A DNA stretch of 64,000 nt, taken from the IMG/VR virus record IMGVR_UViG_3300025012_000028, positions 62,001 through 126,000 of that record; one strand, 5' to 3'. Made by a program: the position numbers and the translations under genes. Every line of letters begins with the position of its first letter. Position 1 is the first letter of the stretch. Of the stretch, positions 38,206 to 47,707 are shown in pieces. Below the pieces are notes generated by a model. That model had not been told where the DNA came from. It searched no databases and saw nothing but the letters and a program-made list of their open reading frames with translations.

Positions 38206-39723
38206 TTATTCTCCTTTTACTTTTAGCCCTGTTTGAGAGCCTTTGATATACATTTTGTAAGTTAATCCGTTCGGGCCTTTGATGGCCGCAAACGGTGCGA
38301 TTGTATTTGTTGCTACGGAAGTAATGGGAGATAAGCCCCCTTCTGCTGAAGCTGTACCTAAGCTTGCTGTGGTGTAACCGCCATGATGAGCAGTTAAGGA
38401 GGTATTTATTCCCTCAGCTAAAGCCTCCCCCAGTGTGGCTGTCACGTAGCAGGCGAAACCAGCAACCAAGGGGCTTGCTCTACCCTCCGCGTTAGAACTG
38501 TAGACTTCAGCGGTGATAAACCGTGAATAGTCGGCAGTTATAGGCGTGCATTGACCTTGTGCCTTGCTTTCAGATAGTGAAGCGGTAGCGTATCGTGTGT
38601 GTTCAGCAGCTATTGGAGTCAATTGTCCATTAGCTTGAACAGAAGATAATGACGCAGATGTGTATCTAGTAAACGTCGCCCCTAAAGAAGTTACTGAGCC
38701 TACCGCAGTAATTGGAGATAACGTAGCTGGAGCGACAAATAGTGGGGATATAGCAGAGGCAATAGCTGCGTGTTCTGCTGCCAAGGGGTGTAAGTGTCCG
38801 TTAATTAGTGAATCCCAACTGGTGGCGTCTATCCATACAAGGCCATTGGACTGAGCTAGCGATTGGATATTTGCCGCTTGTGTTAAGAACATCGGAATAG
38901 GCATGGGTCCAATGCAATATATCATTGCGTTCGGCCACTTAGCCTTGATTGTGTTTATAAATGTCTGGTAGGTGGAGGCAAAAAGAGACGTGCTTGCGTC
39001 GTAGTCGTTTACTCCAACCTCAATGACAACCCAATCAAACACAGGATCATCGTCGGCAACTACGCCCGACATCTTGTATCCGAAGTTATTGGGAAGGATA
39101 GGCATTAATCGGGGTCCGCCAACCCCTTGATTGTGAGGATACCACTGCGTCATGCCCATGCCACCGAACGCCCAGGTGTGGTATTCCATATTATGATTAC
39201 GGCTAACTTGCCAACCGTATGTTTCGCGAGAACCTTTCTTGAGATTGCTTAAATCACCTGCGGCAATCGATTGCTCGCCCTCTATAATAGAATCCCCGAT
39301 CCACAACGCTTTGCCACTCCACTGCCTGTTCCACTGTAGCAAAAGGCCGCCATCATCAACCAAGATTCCCTTTAACTGTGCTCCGAGATGAGCGGACCAT
39401 GCATTGTAATAATATGGAATATTAAATACGATTTCAATGGTATGCTCATTTGCGGATAGACCACTTACGAGGACGACCGGAGTTTCTGTGATTTCACCGG
39501 TCCTGACAAAACTCCCACCATCTACTGAGTATTCAAAGATCATACTCCCACCACCGTTGGTATCTTCAATAGGGTTAAAAGACAACCCTACGGTGGAGGT
39601 ATTCGAAACCTTGAAGTATATACTGTTTCCACTAGAAAAACAGATATGTACCAACTCTGAATTGAGTAGTTCAGTATGCCAGCGACCTGTAAATTTAACT
39701 GTCGATAAATCAGTGTTAATCAT
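38206..39723 (-). CDS. SGNH/GDSL esterase (CE2-like) with C-terminal Ser/Ala stalk repeats
   Basis: FTGRW N-domain; WIGDS, GVND, HLHP blocks. Confidence 0.85.
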   Translation of the reverse strand: MINTDLSTVKFTGRWHTELLNSELVHICFSSGNSIYFKVSNTSTVGLSFNPIEDTNGGGSMIFEYSVDGGSFVRTGEITETPVVLVSGLSANEHTIEIVFNIPYYYNAWSAHLGAQLKGILVDDGGLLLQWNRQWSGKALWIGDSIIEGEQSIAAGDLSNLKKGSRETYGWQVSRNHNMEYHTWAFGGMGMTQWYPHNQGVGGPRLMPILPNNFGYKMSGVVADDDPVFDWVVIEVGVNDYDASTSLFASTYQTFINTIKAKWPNAMIYCIGPMPIPMFLTQAANIQSLAQSNGLVWIDATSWDSLINGHLHPLAAEHAAIASAISPLFVAPATLSPITAVGSVTSLGATFTRYTSASLSSVQANGQLTPIAAEHTRYATASLSESKAQGQCTPITADYSRFITAEVYSSNAEGRASPLVAGFACYVTATLGEALAEGINTSLTAHHGGYTTASLGTASAEGGLSPITSVATNTIAPFAAIKGPNGLTYKMYIKGSQTGLKVKGE

Positions 39724-39745
39724 ATTATGTACACCCCATTGAGCA

Positions 39746-41611
39746 CTACCTGAATCCTAACCATGTTAACTGGCTGTGTCCTCCAGTGTAGACTCGAACA
39801 TCCTCTTCAAGCTCCTCGTCGTACTCCAGTACACTCGGACGTTCCCCGAAGTAGATTTCGATATTGTTGAACGTCTGAGTTATTGGAGAAACCCAGGAGT
39901 AAACGCTGTTATCATAAAGATCGGTTAGGCTAACGTATAATTTTCCATCAGATTTAAATTCAAAAACTCCGGTATAGAGCCCATTTGACCTCAGGGAAGC
40001 CCCGCCTAGCGTGGGGACAAGGTTAGAGAAGAAGGCGCCCGGTCCGTAGAACATCTGAGCGCCATTGTTTGCTTTGTTTATTGCTAATCCTATTCTCTGT
40101 AGGTAGGAACTAGCCGCCGACCCAGCCGTGTTCGTATTCATTCCTATGAAAATCTCGCTAGACGTATCAGAACCAAGGGTAATTTCGAACTCAAGTCTTC
40201 GAGTGACTAACGCAGGATCTATCGCTGAAATGCCCTTCCACACAAACCTATAACCATCCCCATATAAAGTATCTGCATACCAAGACCCGTCAGCTATAAG
40301 ATGGTCAGCACTTTTACCCCAGCTATTAGTTGTGAAATCATCACACGTTTCATAGATAATATACGTTAAGCTCTCATAGGAAGCCACAAGTGGTATGACG
40401 GAGCCGCTTGCATTAGCTGATCCGAGAGACGCCGTAATGTACTTGACGGTCGAAGCCGATAGTCCGTTTACGTTACCAACGGCAGACCCGCCTGAAACAG
40501 CCCCCGAGATATACCTTGCAACAACCGAGGATAGTACATCAGAAGTACCCAAACAAGTTCCGCCCGATATGGACGCTGTTGCGTGCTGGGCGAATGCAGC
40601 CGATATCGACTCCAAAGTACCCGAAGCTTCCACCGAACCCAAAGCCCCGGTCAGGTATCGAGCATACTCACCTACAACGGGTTGAACAAAGCCTGATCCT
40701 TCCGCCGACCCTAGCTCTGCTACCACATTAACCACACTGCTTCCCGTAGCTTCCGCAATTAAGGAGTCAACAGAACCTAGCGCCGAAATGGAGGTTATGT
40801 CCGCAACGGAATACTTGGCATACTCGGAAACTAACGGGGAAGCGGCCCCTTCTCCTATGACCTCGCCAACCCCTGCCGTGATGTACTTAGTGAATGAGGC
40901 CGTTATTGGGTCAGACGAACCGTGCGCCGAAATATTCCCTAGAGACGCCGTTACGTTGGTAACCCCTTCTTCAGAGTAAGATGCCAGCAATACTTCAGAG
41001 GAACCACTCCCCTCAGCCGAACCAAGAGAAGCTGTTACATATCGACTGAAAAGGGTGACTATTGGAGTGCAGGAGGCTTCGCCATCGACGCTTGCGATAT
41101 CGCCGGATGAGAACTTGATACTATTCGCAACAAGAGGCGTTACACTACTAGACGCTTCAAATGCGGTAAGGCTACCTTGAATATAGCGAGTGTAAGAAGC
41201 AGCAAGGGATGAAGAACTCCCCATCCCCTCAGCAGAAGAAAGACTGGCAATTACGTATCGCGCTATTGATGCCAGTAATACAGACGCCGAACCAGAAGCA
41301 GTAATAGATGAAATGGAAGCTGTGACACCTTCAACCGTACCGGAAGAGGTATCAATCCAAGCCCAATACCCTACACTACCCCCAGCAAGCCACGCTGCAT
41401 ATGAATCTTTCAGTTCAGGTTCTACAGATCCAATGTAAACCCCACCGTTGTTCCAAAAGTTAGCAGGAGTATTAGAAGGAATATCTACAAACTCAGGCCC
41501 ACTATTGTCTGTTTTCCATCCCAATATTTTATTTGGGACACCAGAAGAAATTAATGGCGCAATATCAATCAATTCCCCAAAAGATTTTGGTGTCCAAGGT
41601 TTACTAGGCAT
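39746..41611 (-). CDS. Repeat-rich fibre/stalk protein with C-terminal beta domain
   Basis: ~23-aa repeats (ASL.S..G.G....L.A...RY) shared with the esterase. Confidence 0.6.
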   Translation of the reverse strand: MPSKPWTPKSFGELIDIAPLISSGVPNKILGWKTDNSGPEFVDIPSNTPANFWNNGGVYIGSVEPELKDSYAAWLAGGSVGYWAWIDTSSGTVEGVTASISSITASGSASVLLASIARYVIASLSSAEGMGSSSSLAASYTRYIQGSLTAFEASSSVTPLVANSIKFSSGDIASVDGEASCTPIVTLFSRYVTASLGSAEGSGSSEVLLASYSEEGVTNVTASLGNISAHGSSDPITASFTKYITAGVGEVIGEGAASPLVSEYAKYSVADITSISALGSVDSLIAEATGSSVVNVVAELGSAEGSGFVQPVVGEYARYLTGALGSVEASGTLESISAAFAQHATASISGGTCLGTSDVLSSVVARYISGAVSGGSAVGNVNGLSASTVKYITASLGSANASGSVIPLVASYESLTYIIYETCDDFTTNSWGKSADHLIADGSWYADTLYGDGYRFVWKGISAIDPALVTRRLEFEITLGSDTSSEIFIGMNTNTAGSAASSYLQRIGLAINKANNGAQMFYGPGAFFSNLVPTLGGASLRSNGLYTGVFEFKSDGKLYVSLTDLYDNSVYSWVSPITQTFNNIEIYFGERPSVLEYDEELEEDVRVYTGGHSQLTWLGFR

Positions 41612-41681
41612 TGATGCTCCTAAAACATAAGAAGTAATAGACCTTTACAATCTATTACTTCTATTTATGATCTATCTTTTA

Positions 41682-42101
41682 TTAATTTTTCTTCGGTCTT
41701 CCTCTACCACCCTTTTGTTTTTCGGGCGCTTCATCTCCTACAGGCAGAGATTCAGATTCGGTGGTAGGAGTCTCAACTTCAGATTCTTCATCTTGAACGG
41801 GTTCCAAAACCTTTTCATCTTGTGTCGGAACTTCTTCTTCCTCGATAGTTTCGACTTCTTCCTGAGAAGGAATTTCTTCTTGAATGGGGTTTTCAACTTC
41901 TTGGACAGGTGTATCAGGAACTTCTTCTGGATCAGCAATTTTCAAGAACAGTTTAGGAAACAGTTTGACTAATTCATCAATTACTGGAAGTTGTTCTTTG
42001 GTCAAGATCTGCCCACCCACGAATGAATAATTTCCTAATTTACACGAAAGTGAAACATCTGATCTGTTGGTACTGTTAGAATCCACAACGTACTTTGTCA
42101 T
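41682..42101 (-). CDS. Acidic protein with C-terminal AT-hook
   Basis: Glu-rich tract; GRGRPKK. Confidence 0.65.
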   Translation of the reverse strand: MTKYVVDSNSTNRSDVSLSCKLGNYSFVGGQILTKEQLPVIDELVKLFPKLFLKIADPEEVPDTPVQEVENPIQEEIPSQEEVETIEEEEVPTQDEKVLEPVQDEESEVETPTTESESLPVGDEAPEKQKGGRGRPKKN

Positions 42102-42113
42102 TAGTTCTTTCTC

Positions 42114-42344
42114 CTATCGATTTTTGAGTAATAGACTATCGCTACCATATTTAACTACTATCTGTGAGTGTCGTTGGTTGTTGACCACAACATTTTGAAG
42201 CTCCCTAGTTTCTTCGTGGCGCTGCCACTGTCTGAAGTCGTTTGTCTGATAACCCATTTTAAAAGCAGAATACGCTTCGGGGGTTTCCAATTTGAAAGTG
42301 GTCACATTATTTGATGGATCATAAGTTACTTTTTCGTCCGACAT
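42114..42344 (-). CDS. Hypothetical late protein
   Basis: AAGGAG RBS. Confidence 0.6.
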   Translation of the reverse strand: MSDEKVTYDPSNNVTTFKLETPEAYSAFKMGYQTNDFRQWQRHEETRELQNVVVNNQRHSQIVVKYGSDSLLLKNR

Positions 42345-42538
42345 TTCTTTCTCCTTAGTTTCAATCTTCGTTGTACTTTAGTTTTATTTATATTTAGAAT
42401 TGGTGTGAACTGTGAAACGTCTCCCAAAGAAGTAGAACCTTCCATATCTTCATAGATGTTTTGTGAGGATGTTTCTTCTAAAAAAGAAACATCGATATCT
42501 TCTTTCAGTAAACCAAGTGCATTTAATAGTTTATTCAT
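42326..42538 (-). CDS. Small putative head protein
   Basis: LLKE, FLEE, IYE motifs; basic tail. Confidence 0.5.
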   Translation of the reverse strand: MNKLLNALGLLKEDIDVSFLEETSSQNIYEDMEGSTSLGDVSQFTPILNINKTKVQRRLKLRRKKCRTKK

Positions 42539-43340
42539 AATGTTTAAACCCCATAACCCACCCAAGATTTAAATAGGATTGTAATTCGTGGGGATGTACT
42601 ACTTTAATTTTTTTGGAACTGTCGTTATGTATATATTTACGTCCCTTACGTGATTCCGACATCTGCACAGATCTTTTTTGTCTATATTCTTCGTCTTGCC
42701 ACAACCGAATATTCGTTTCACTGACCGATTTACTTTTTCTAACTCTATATTCTTCATTCTCCCATAATAATTTGTTTGCGTTGGATATTGTCTGTTTAAA
42801 TTTTGGGTCTTCGTGGAGTTTTTTCATGTTATTAGATTGAATTGGTTTCATCTTATTTTTAAATTCTTCATTTGACCACATATTAATCATATGCGTCGAA
42901 CTTTTTTCTTTCATTTGAAGTTTGAATAATGGGTTCGTCCACAGTAGACTAATAGATTTAGTCATGTTATTAGATTGGATTGGTTTCATCTTATTTTTAA
43001 ATTCTTCATTTGACCACAATTTTTGTAATGCTTTTCGTGTTACTTCTAATGTAATATGATCAAAACCACCCTCACCTCCCAATTTTATATTATAACAATT
43101 CGGATCGTTGGTTTCTTTGTTTGTGACCAACTCTTTTTCTTTATCTACCATTTGTTGTTTATTTTTCAATTCAAATAATATTTCTTTTTTAAAATTTTCC
43201 CTGCCGTGTTTTTTAATAGCTCTTTTTAGTAACAGACCCGATCCAAGATACCCATCATCTTTGTTGGGAGTTTGGTGCATTCCAATGTAATAATTATTAT
43301 TTATTATGTTTGTGGTTTTATATATAATATAATATTTCAT
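42531..43340 (-). mobile_element. GIY-YIG (Seg-like) homing endonuclease
   Basis: IIYKTTN...YYIGMH...YLGSG...F.KEIL...YNI..GG; 57-bp internal repeat 42824-42880/42962-43018. Confidence 0.92.
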
Positions 43341-43832
43341 CTAATATCCTCTTTTAATAAAAATATCCAACACACCTTTAACAGTATCTTTTATTTTAAT
43401 AGCGTTTGTTTCCAAATCCAAATGTTGTTCGAAGATAATATTTTTCTTTTCTATGGTAGATATAATTTCATAAAGGAGTTGTTGTTCTCTGATATCAAGT
43501 TCTGACAACTCTTCTTTATATTTTTCTAAGTTTTGATTGAACACCGGAACATAATTTTCTTTCATCAGGTATGCTAATGAGAAGAGGTAAGCAAGTTTAT
43601 TGTCACCAAGGAACTTGGACATTACTCTTTTGAGTTGCCAGCAAAAACGATCTAGAATGTCCCATGAAGCACGTTCTTTTGATGTGCGAGGTCTACGTAA
43701 CCTTTTACCGTCTGTGGACGATATGATACCCAATTTTGCGCTAGGCCACTTATCCCAAGGACGCATGACACGTTTCAAAATCATCCAGACAACCAATGTC
43801 GAGGAAAGTTTTTCGGTTATTAAATAACTCAT
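43341..43832 (-). CDS. Conserved T4-like hypothetical protein
   Basis: PW.KW..AKLGII...GK.L...KE...LKR pattern recalled from T4-like phages. Confidence 0.65.
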   Translation of the reverse strand: MSYLITEKLSSTLVVWMILKRVMRPWDKWPSAKLGIISSTDGKRLRRPRTSKERASWDILDRFCWQLKRVMSKFLGDNKLAYLFSLAYLMKENYVPVFNQNLEKYKEELSELDIREQQLLYEIISTIEKKNIIFEQHLDLETNAIKIKDTVKGVLDIFIKRGY

Positions 43833-44113
43833 TTGACCTTCTTAATAATGAAAGAAATTTTCTCTCTTATATCTTCTTCGATGTAATATAAAATAAACTG
43901 TTCCGCTTCTTTTAAATCCAGATGATTACTCAACCCAAGAAGGATATTGTAAATTTCTAGTACATATATTTCTTTTCCAGTTCTGGTATATTTCAAATAT
44001 GTATTGTTGATCTTCCTTATACTTTTTATATCCAACTCTAACAGTTGAGTGGACATAAAAACATTATACATATTTGCTAATGCCGCTTCATTATTCACAT
44101 TAATTCCTTGCAC
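43829..44113 (-). CDS. Conserved T4-like hypothetical protein
   Basis: Late promoter 44125-44132; KY.RTG...N pattern. Confidence 0.6.
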   Translation of the reverse strand: MQGINVNNEAALANMYNVFMSTQLLELDIKSIRKINNTYLKYTRTGKEIYVLEIYNILLGLSNHLDLKEAEQFILYYIEEDIREKISFIIKKVK

Positions 44114-44137
44114 TATTTTAATTCTATTTATAATAAG

Positions 44138-44168
44138 AAAGGCACCTGAAAAAGATCAAGTGCCTTTT
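44138..44168 (-). terminator. Intrinsic terminator
   Basis: AAAGGCAC...GTGCCTTTT. Confidence 0.7.
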
Positions 44169-44190
44169 GGTTCATCAAATATGTTGGTTG

Positions 44191-45207
44191 TTAAACCACA
44201 TCTTCTCTAGGAAGGACATTCTCTGTTCTAATAATCTTATGAAGTGCATTTGCAATCATAGGATTATTATCGGCCAGTTCTGCAAGCTTACGCAGGAAGA
44301 TGAGAACACCTTGTTTCTGTAAACGAGTAAGTTCAGTCAGTTCAAATGTCTGAAGCAGTTGCATAAAAACAGGAGACATAATTTTTGTTGGTTCGATATC
44401 CAGAAGCATTTTATAATTGAATCTCTGTGCTTTCGCCTCAGTCAGTCTTTTCAGAAATTCACTATATGTTTCTTTGGATTCTCTGAATTCATCCATACAC
44501 TCTTCACCTTCACACTCTTCTTCGGGTGTGGAGAAAAGTCTATTGACATATTTCCTTAAGGCACTACGAAGCAGGGGATCTTCCTCAGTTGCTTGAAGCA
44601 GATTTTTAACAGCAGATGCCATCATTTCAATCGCTTTGGTAGGAAGACGTTTAACATCTTCGGGGTTCAGACCAAGTAATTCGGCTTCAAGGTCAAACAT
44701 GATAGGAGATTTTGGGTGTGCTTTTTTAGCAACTTCAGCAGTAGAAGCATTAATGTCCCTACGTTTGCCCTGTCTCTTTTCCAGAATCGTTTTAGTATAA
44801 AGATCTTGTAAGGATTTTGCTTCGGTCACTGGTTTCTCCTCTCCTTCTATTTTAGTTTCGACCGGCTTTTCTTCTTCAACGGGTTTCTGTTCAGCAGGAA
44901 GAGTTTCTGGTTTTGGGTTGGTGTTGGTAATATCTTTCAGTTCGGGATACTTGGTAAAAAGTTCTTCTTCAGTATTAACCGGATTGGCTTTATCGAAAGC
45001 TTCGACATCTTTGGATGCTGGTTGAAAAAGATACTTAGCTTTGGATTCTGTATCCTGAATTAAAAACAGATCACCTTTAGCTTTGGTAGCATCAAAGGAT
45101 TCTTTTTTGATGAACACGGGCCAGCCAGTAGACTTCCCATATTTCTGAGCATCTTCAAAAGTTTCAAGAGACACAGCTTTACAATTACCATATTGTTTAA
45201 TTTCCAT
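44191..45207 (-). CDS. Putative internal head polyprotein
   Basis: Internal VTE|A, ILE|K, YSEFLKRLTE|A; two similar helical modules. Confidence 0.55.
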   Translation of the reverse strand: MEIKQYGNCKAVSLETFEDAQKYGKSTGWPVFIKKESFDATKAKGDLFLIQDTESKAKYLFQPASKDVEAFDKANPVNTEEELFTKYPELKDITNTNPKPETLPAEQKPVEEEKPVETKIEGEEKPVTEAKSLQDLYTKTILEKRQGKRRDINASTAEVAKKAHPKSPIMFDLEAELLGLNPEDVKRLPTKAIEMMASAVKNLLQATEEDPLLRSALRKYVNRLFSTPEEECEGEECMDEFRESKETYSEFLKRLTEAKAQRFNYKMLLDIEPTKIMSPVFMQLLQTFELTELTRLQKQGVLIFLRKLAELADNNPMIANALHKIIRTENVLPREDVV

Positions 45208-45209
45208 AA

Positions 45210-45668
45210 TTACAGATCCTCATCTTTTTCTTCGGGTGGAGTTCTGAACTGATCGTCTGCGCCCCTCAATTCTTCTTCGGTGCTCGGTGGTGCATTCTCA
45301 TCGACTTCATCGGTAGAAGTGGGTTCACCTTTTTTGGAAAGGATATACTCATACTTCAGACCTTTCTTGAACTTATCAAAGTCTTCATAAGCTTTGGTGA
45401 TTGCGTCAACCAACTTATCAATTGCTTTGATGATTGATTTATCAGCGGTAGTAAGTTCAAACTTCTCAAGGTTGCGAAGTTTTTCTTTAATACCTTCTGA
45501 ATCAATTTCGGTTTTGATGGTTGAAGCAAAATCCGTCATGACTGCTTCAACATCAGCATGAATAGAATTGTTAGCTTTAACCGCTTCATCCAATTGACTC
45601 TTCTTCTTGTTAAACATCTCTTGGTAGAGTTTGTTCATCGTTAAGTTTTCTTCTCTAAACAGTGCCAT
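45210..45668 (-). CDS. Putative internal head protein
   Basis: LDE|A; charged; late operon. Confidence 0.55.
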   Translation of the reverse strand: MALFREENLTMNKLYQEMFNKKKSQLDEAVKANNSIHADVEAVMTDFASTIKTEIDSEGIKEKLRNLEKFELTTADKSIIKAIDKLVDAITKAYEDFDKFKKGLKYEYILSKKGEPTSTDEVDENAPPSTEEELRGADDQFRTPPEEKDEDL

Positions 45669-45679
45669 ATGGTATTCTC

Positions 45680-45868
45680 CTATATGAAAGTAATGATTCC
45701 TGATTTGGGGTCGTAATGTCTGCCTCTATGATCTTTTTTAAATTTGAGTGATTTACATTTTTCTTTAACTTCTTTGTCGGTAAGATTCTTTCCAATATCA
45801 AAGGATTCAGAATCATCGGCATTAACTTTTTCTTGTAGGAGATTAAGAGTTTTTATAAAATTATTCAT
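45680..45868 (-). CDS. Small putative internal head protein
   Basis: MNNFIKTLNLLQE leader; follows late promoter. Confidence 0.55.
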   Translation of the reverse strand: MNNFIKTLNLLQEKVNADDSESFDIGKNLTDKEVKEKCKSLKFKKDHRGRHYDPKSGIITFI

Positions 45869-45886
45869 TAGTGAATCCTTTGAGTT

Positions 45887-45943
45887 TATTTATGATTATT
45901 TATAAAATAATTTCTTGACTTCTGGTGTGGGTTCTGGTAAGAT
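45887..45943. promoter_or_regulatory. Late promoter (-) back-to-back with sigma70 promoter (+)
   Basis: TATTTATA 45897-45904; TTGACT(45915)-17 bp-TAAGAT(45938). Confidence 0.85.
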
Positions 45944-45969
45944 AAATTTATAAAACATTTGGGGGAATT

Positions 45970-46290
45970 ATGAGACAAGGAAAAGTTGGGGATAGATTTT
46001 ATGAAGGTGAAGTGGTGTTAACTATAACCGGAAAAGAAACTACTCCGTTTCCTAAACTGACGCTCGATTCTAACCGCAAGACAATCAATACACTCAAAAG
46101 AGTTGATAAATGGTTGTTGGAAAATACTCAGAAAGAAGCACACTCACGAAACGATGAATTTAATAGCACAACATTTGATAGAATGAACTCCACCAAACTT
46201 AGTATGTCGGATAAAGACACTCTCGAATATTATCTGTTTGGTGAAGATCAACCAGTAGTTCTGAAACCTTTTCTCAAATCACTTTTTTAA
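45970..46290 (+). CDS. Early hypothetical protein
   Basis: GGGGG RBS; first gene of island. Confidence 0.65.
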   Translation: MRQGKVGDRFYEGEVVLTITGKETTPFPKLTLDSNRKTINTLKRVDKWLLENTQKEAHSRNDEFNSTTFDRMNSTKLSMSDKDTLEYYLFGEDQPVVLKPFLKSLF

Positions 46291-46314
46291 TAAAAATATA
46301 ATATAGGAGGAAAT

Positions 46315-46449
46315 ATGTTTCGAATTGTTTGTTTCAACGGAACCACCGACGAAATTTGGGGAAATTCAATTTCCGAAGCAGTGGAACGGTTTGTTAAAAA
46401 ACACAAACTTCATGAAGTTGATATTGAATCTATAGTGAGGGTAATTTAA
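46315..46449 (+). CDS. Small hypothetical protein (44 aa)
   Basis: AGGAGG RBS; hand translated. Confidence 0.5.
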   Translation: MFRIVCFNGTTDEIWGNSISEAVERFVKKHKLHEVDIESIVRVI

Positions 46450-46450
46450 T

Positions 46451-46690
46451 ATGACCACCAACCAAATGATTAACGAAATTCGAAACACGGTAGGATATAT
46501 GGAATCTGAAAATAAAAAAGAATTTATTAAAGGTGCCAAGATGGGATATGATATATGTAGTAATGCGGCATGGAAAATGATTGGTGACACACAAAAACAT
46601 GCTGAGTCGCTTGCAGAACTGTTGTCAAACCGTGAAGAAGATCTTCAGACTCTAGCCAACATTATCCAGAAATATACTTCTAATGATTGA
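46451..46690 (+). CDS. Hypothetical protein
   Basis: Operonic. Confidence 0.55.
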   Translation: MTTNQMINEIRNTVGYMESENKKEFIKGAKMGYDICSNAAWKMIGDTQKHAESLAELLSNREEDLQTLANIIQKYTSND

Positions 46691-46699
46691 GGAGAATAT

Positions 46700-46879
46700 A
46701 TGAACATACCAAAACATCGACACGAAGATGTTATTGCTGTTCTGTGGCAACTTTTAACAGAAGTGGAAGGATCAGTTAAGGAAACTGATGCAGTTGGAAA
46801 AGCGATGGTGGTTAGCGGTTATAACCTCATGAACGATCTGGGTGTAACGGATGCTAGACCTCGTTGGGAATCAAAATAA
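46700..46879 (+). CDS. Small hypothetical protein (59 aa)
   Basis: GAGGAG RBS; hand translated. Confidence 0.55.
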   Translation: MNIPKHRHEDVIAVLWQLLTEVEGSVKETDAVGKAMVVSGYNLMNDLGVTDARPRWESK

Positions 46880-46899
46880 CTACTGGTTAAGGAGAATTT

Positions 46900-47181
46900 A
46901 TGAACGAAAATTATAATGAGTTTTATCAGAGAAAGAAACTACCCAAAGGTCTGTGTCGTAAGATGTGGACAGACTATCCTTTTGTGAATTATCTCAACGG
47001 TGCTCTAGTTACAGTTCTCAATTACGATGGGAATAAGTATTGTGATGTGCAGCTTCCTGATGGTACTTTTGCAGATGTGAAACGGGGATACCTACATCGC
47101 ACCATCAAGGATCTGAATGTTTGGCGCAAAAGAATGTTGGGTGACTATTACAGGCGAACAAAACAGAGGATGTATCTATGA
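46900..47181 (+). CDS. Hypothetical protein (WTDYPF...YDGNKYC...KRGY)
   Basis: AAGGAG RBS. Confidence 0.65.
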   Translation: MNENYNEFYQRKKLPKGLCRKMWTDYPFVNYLNGALVTVLNYDGNKYCDVQLPDGTFADVKRGYLHRTIKDLNVWRKRMLGDYYRRTKQRMYL

Positions 47182-47546
47182 ATACTTTTCAGGGTGATAA
47201 TTATCGATTTGATATAACTGCTACCGGTGACGATCTACTTAGAATAGCTATACAGGTAGCTTTCATGAAAGAAAATGAGGTTGTTGATATTAAAGAAGTA
47301 AACAACACTTTAGTTCTTTATTGGTCAACGGAAAAAGCAAATCCTTTCATGACTCTTGATTTTGAAGCAACATTCAAAGTCGTTAAAGAGTGGTTGGATA
47401 AACAAACACAATATCCCAATGAACCCAATCACGATGGAGACAACAAAAAGGGATTTAGGGTTTATAATGAAGCGTGGGGTGAAGTGAAAAACGATTGGAG
47501 AGCATTTTGTGGTATTGAACCAGTGCGGATGATGTATGGTAAATAA
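47178..47546 (+). CDS. Hypothetical phage protein (DGDNKKGFRV...MYGK)
   Basis: GAGGA RBS; overlap with previous gene. Confidence 0.65.
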   Translation: MNTFQGDNYRFDITATGDDLLRIAIQVAFMKENEVVDIKEVNNTLVLYWSTEKANPFMTLDFEATFKVVKEWLDKQTQYPNEPNHDGDNKKGFRVYNEAWGEVKNDWRAFCGIEPVRMMYGK

Positions 47547-47549
47547 AAG

Positions 47550-47582
47550 AAAACCCTCTAAGATTTCTCTTAGAGGGGTTTT
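47550..47582. terminator. Bidirectional intrinsic terminator
   Basis: AAAACCCTCTAAGA...TCTTAGAGGGGTTTT. Confidence 0.85.
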
Positions 47583-47601
47583 CTATATTAAAAATCCTTT
47601 T

Positions 47602-47707
47602 TATAAATAAAAGAAACGGATAAGTTCAGTTGTTGACGCAACCGAACAACAGGAAGGGGAAACCCGCTGTCTCCGTTCACTTCTATTTATATAAGGGGAA
47701 TCTGATG
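47602..47707. ncRNA. Structured endonuclease leader, copy 1 (putative cis-RNA)
   Basis: Near-identical to 52331-52436; folds as three-way junction; late boxes at both ends. Confidence 0.6.

Noticed and set aside
47630-47704. N-terminal extension of the GIY-YIG ORF
   Set aside because: TTG start lies inside the structured leader; RBS and copy 2 point to ATG 47705.
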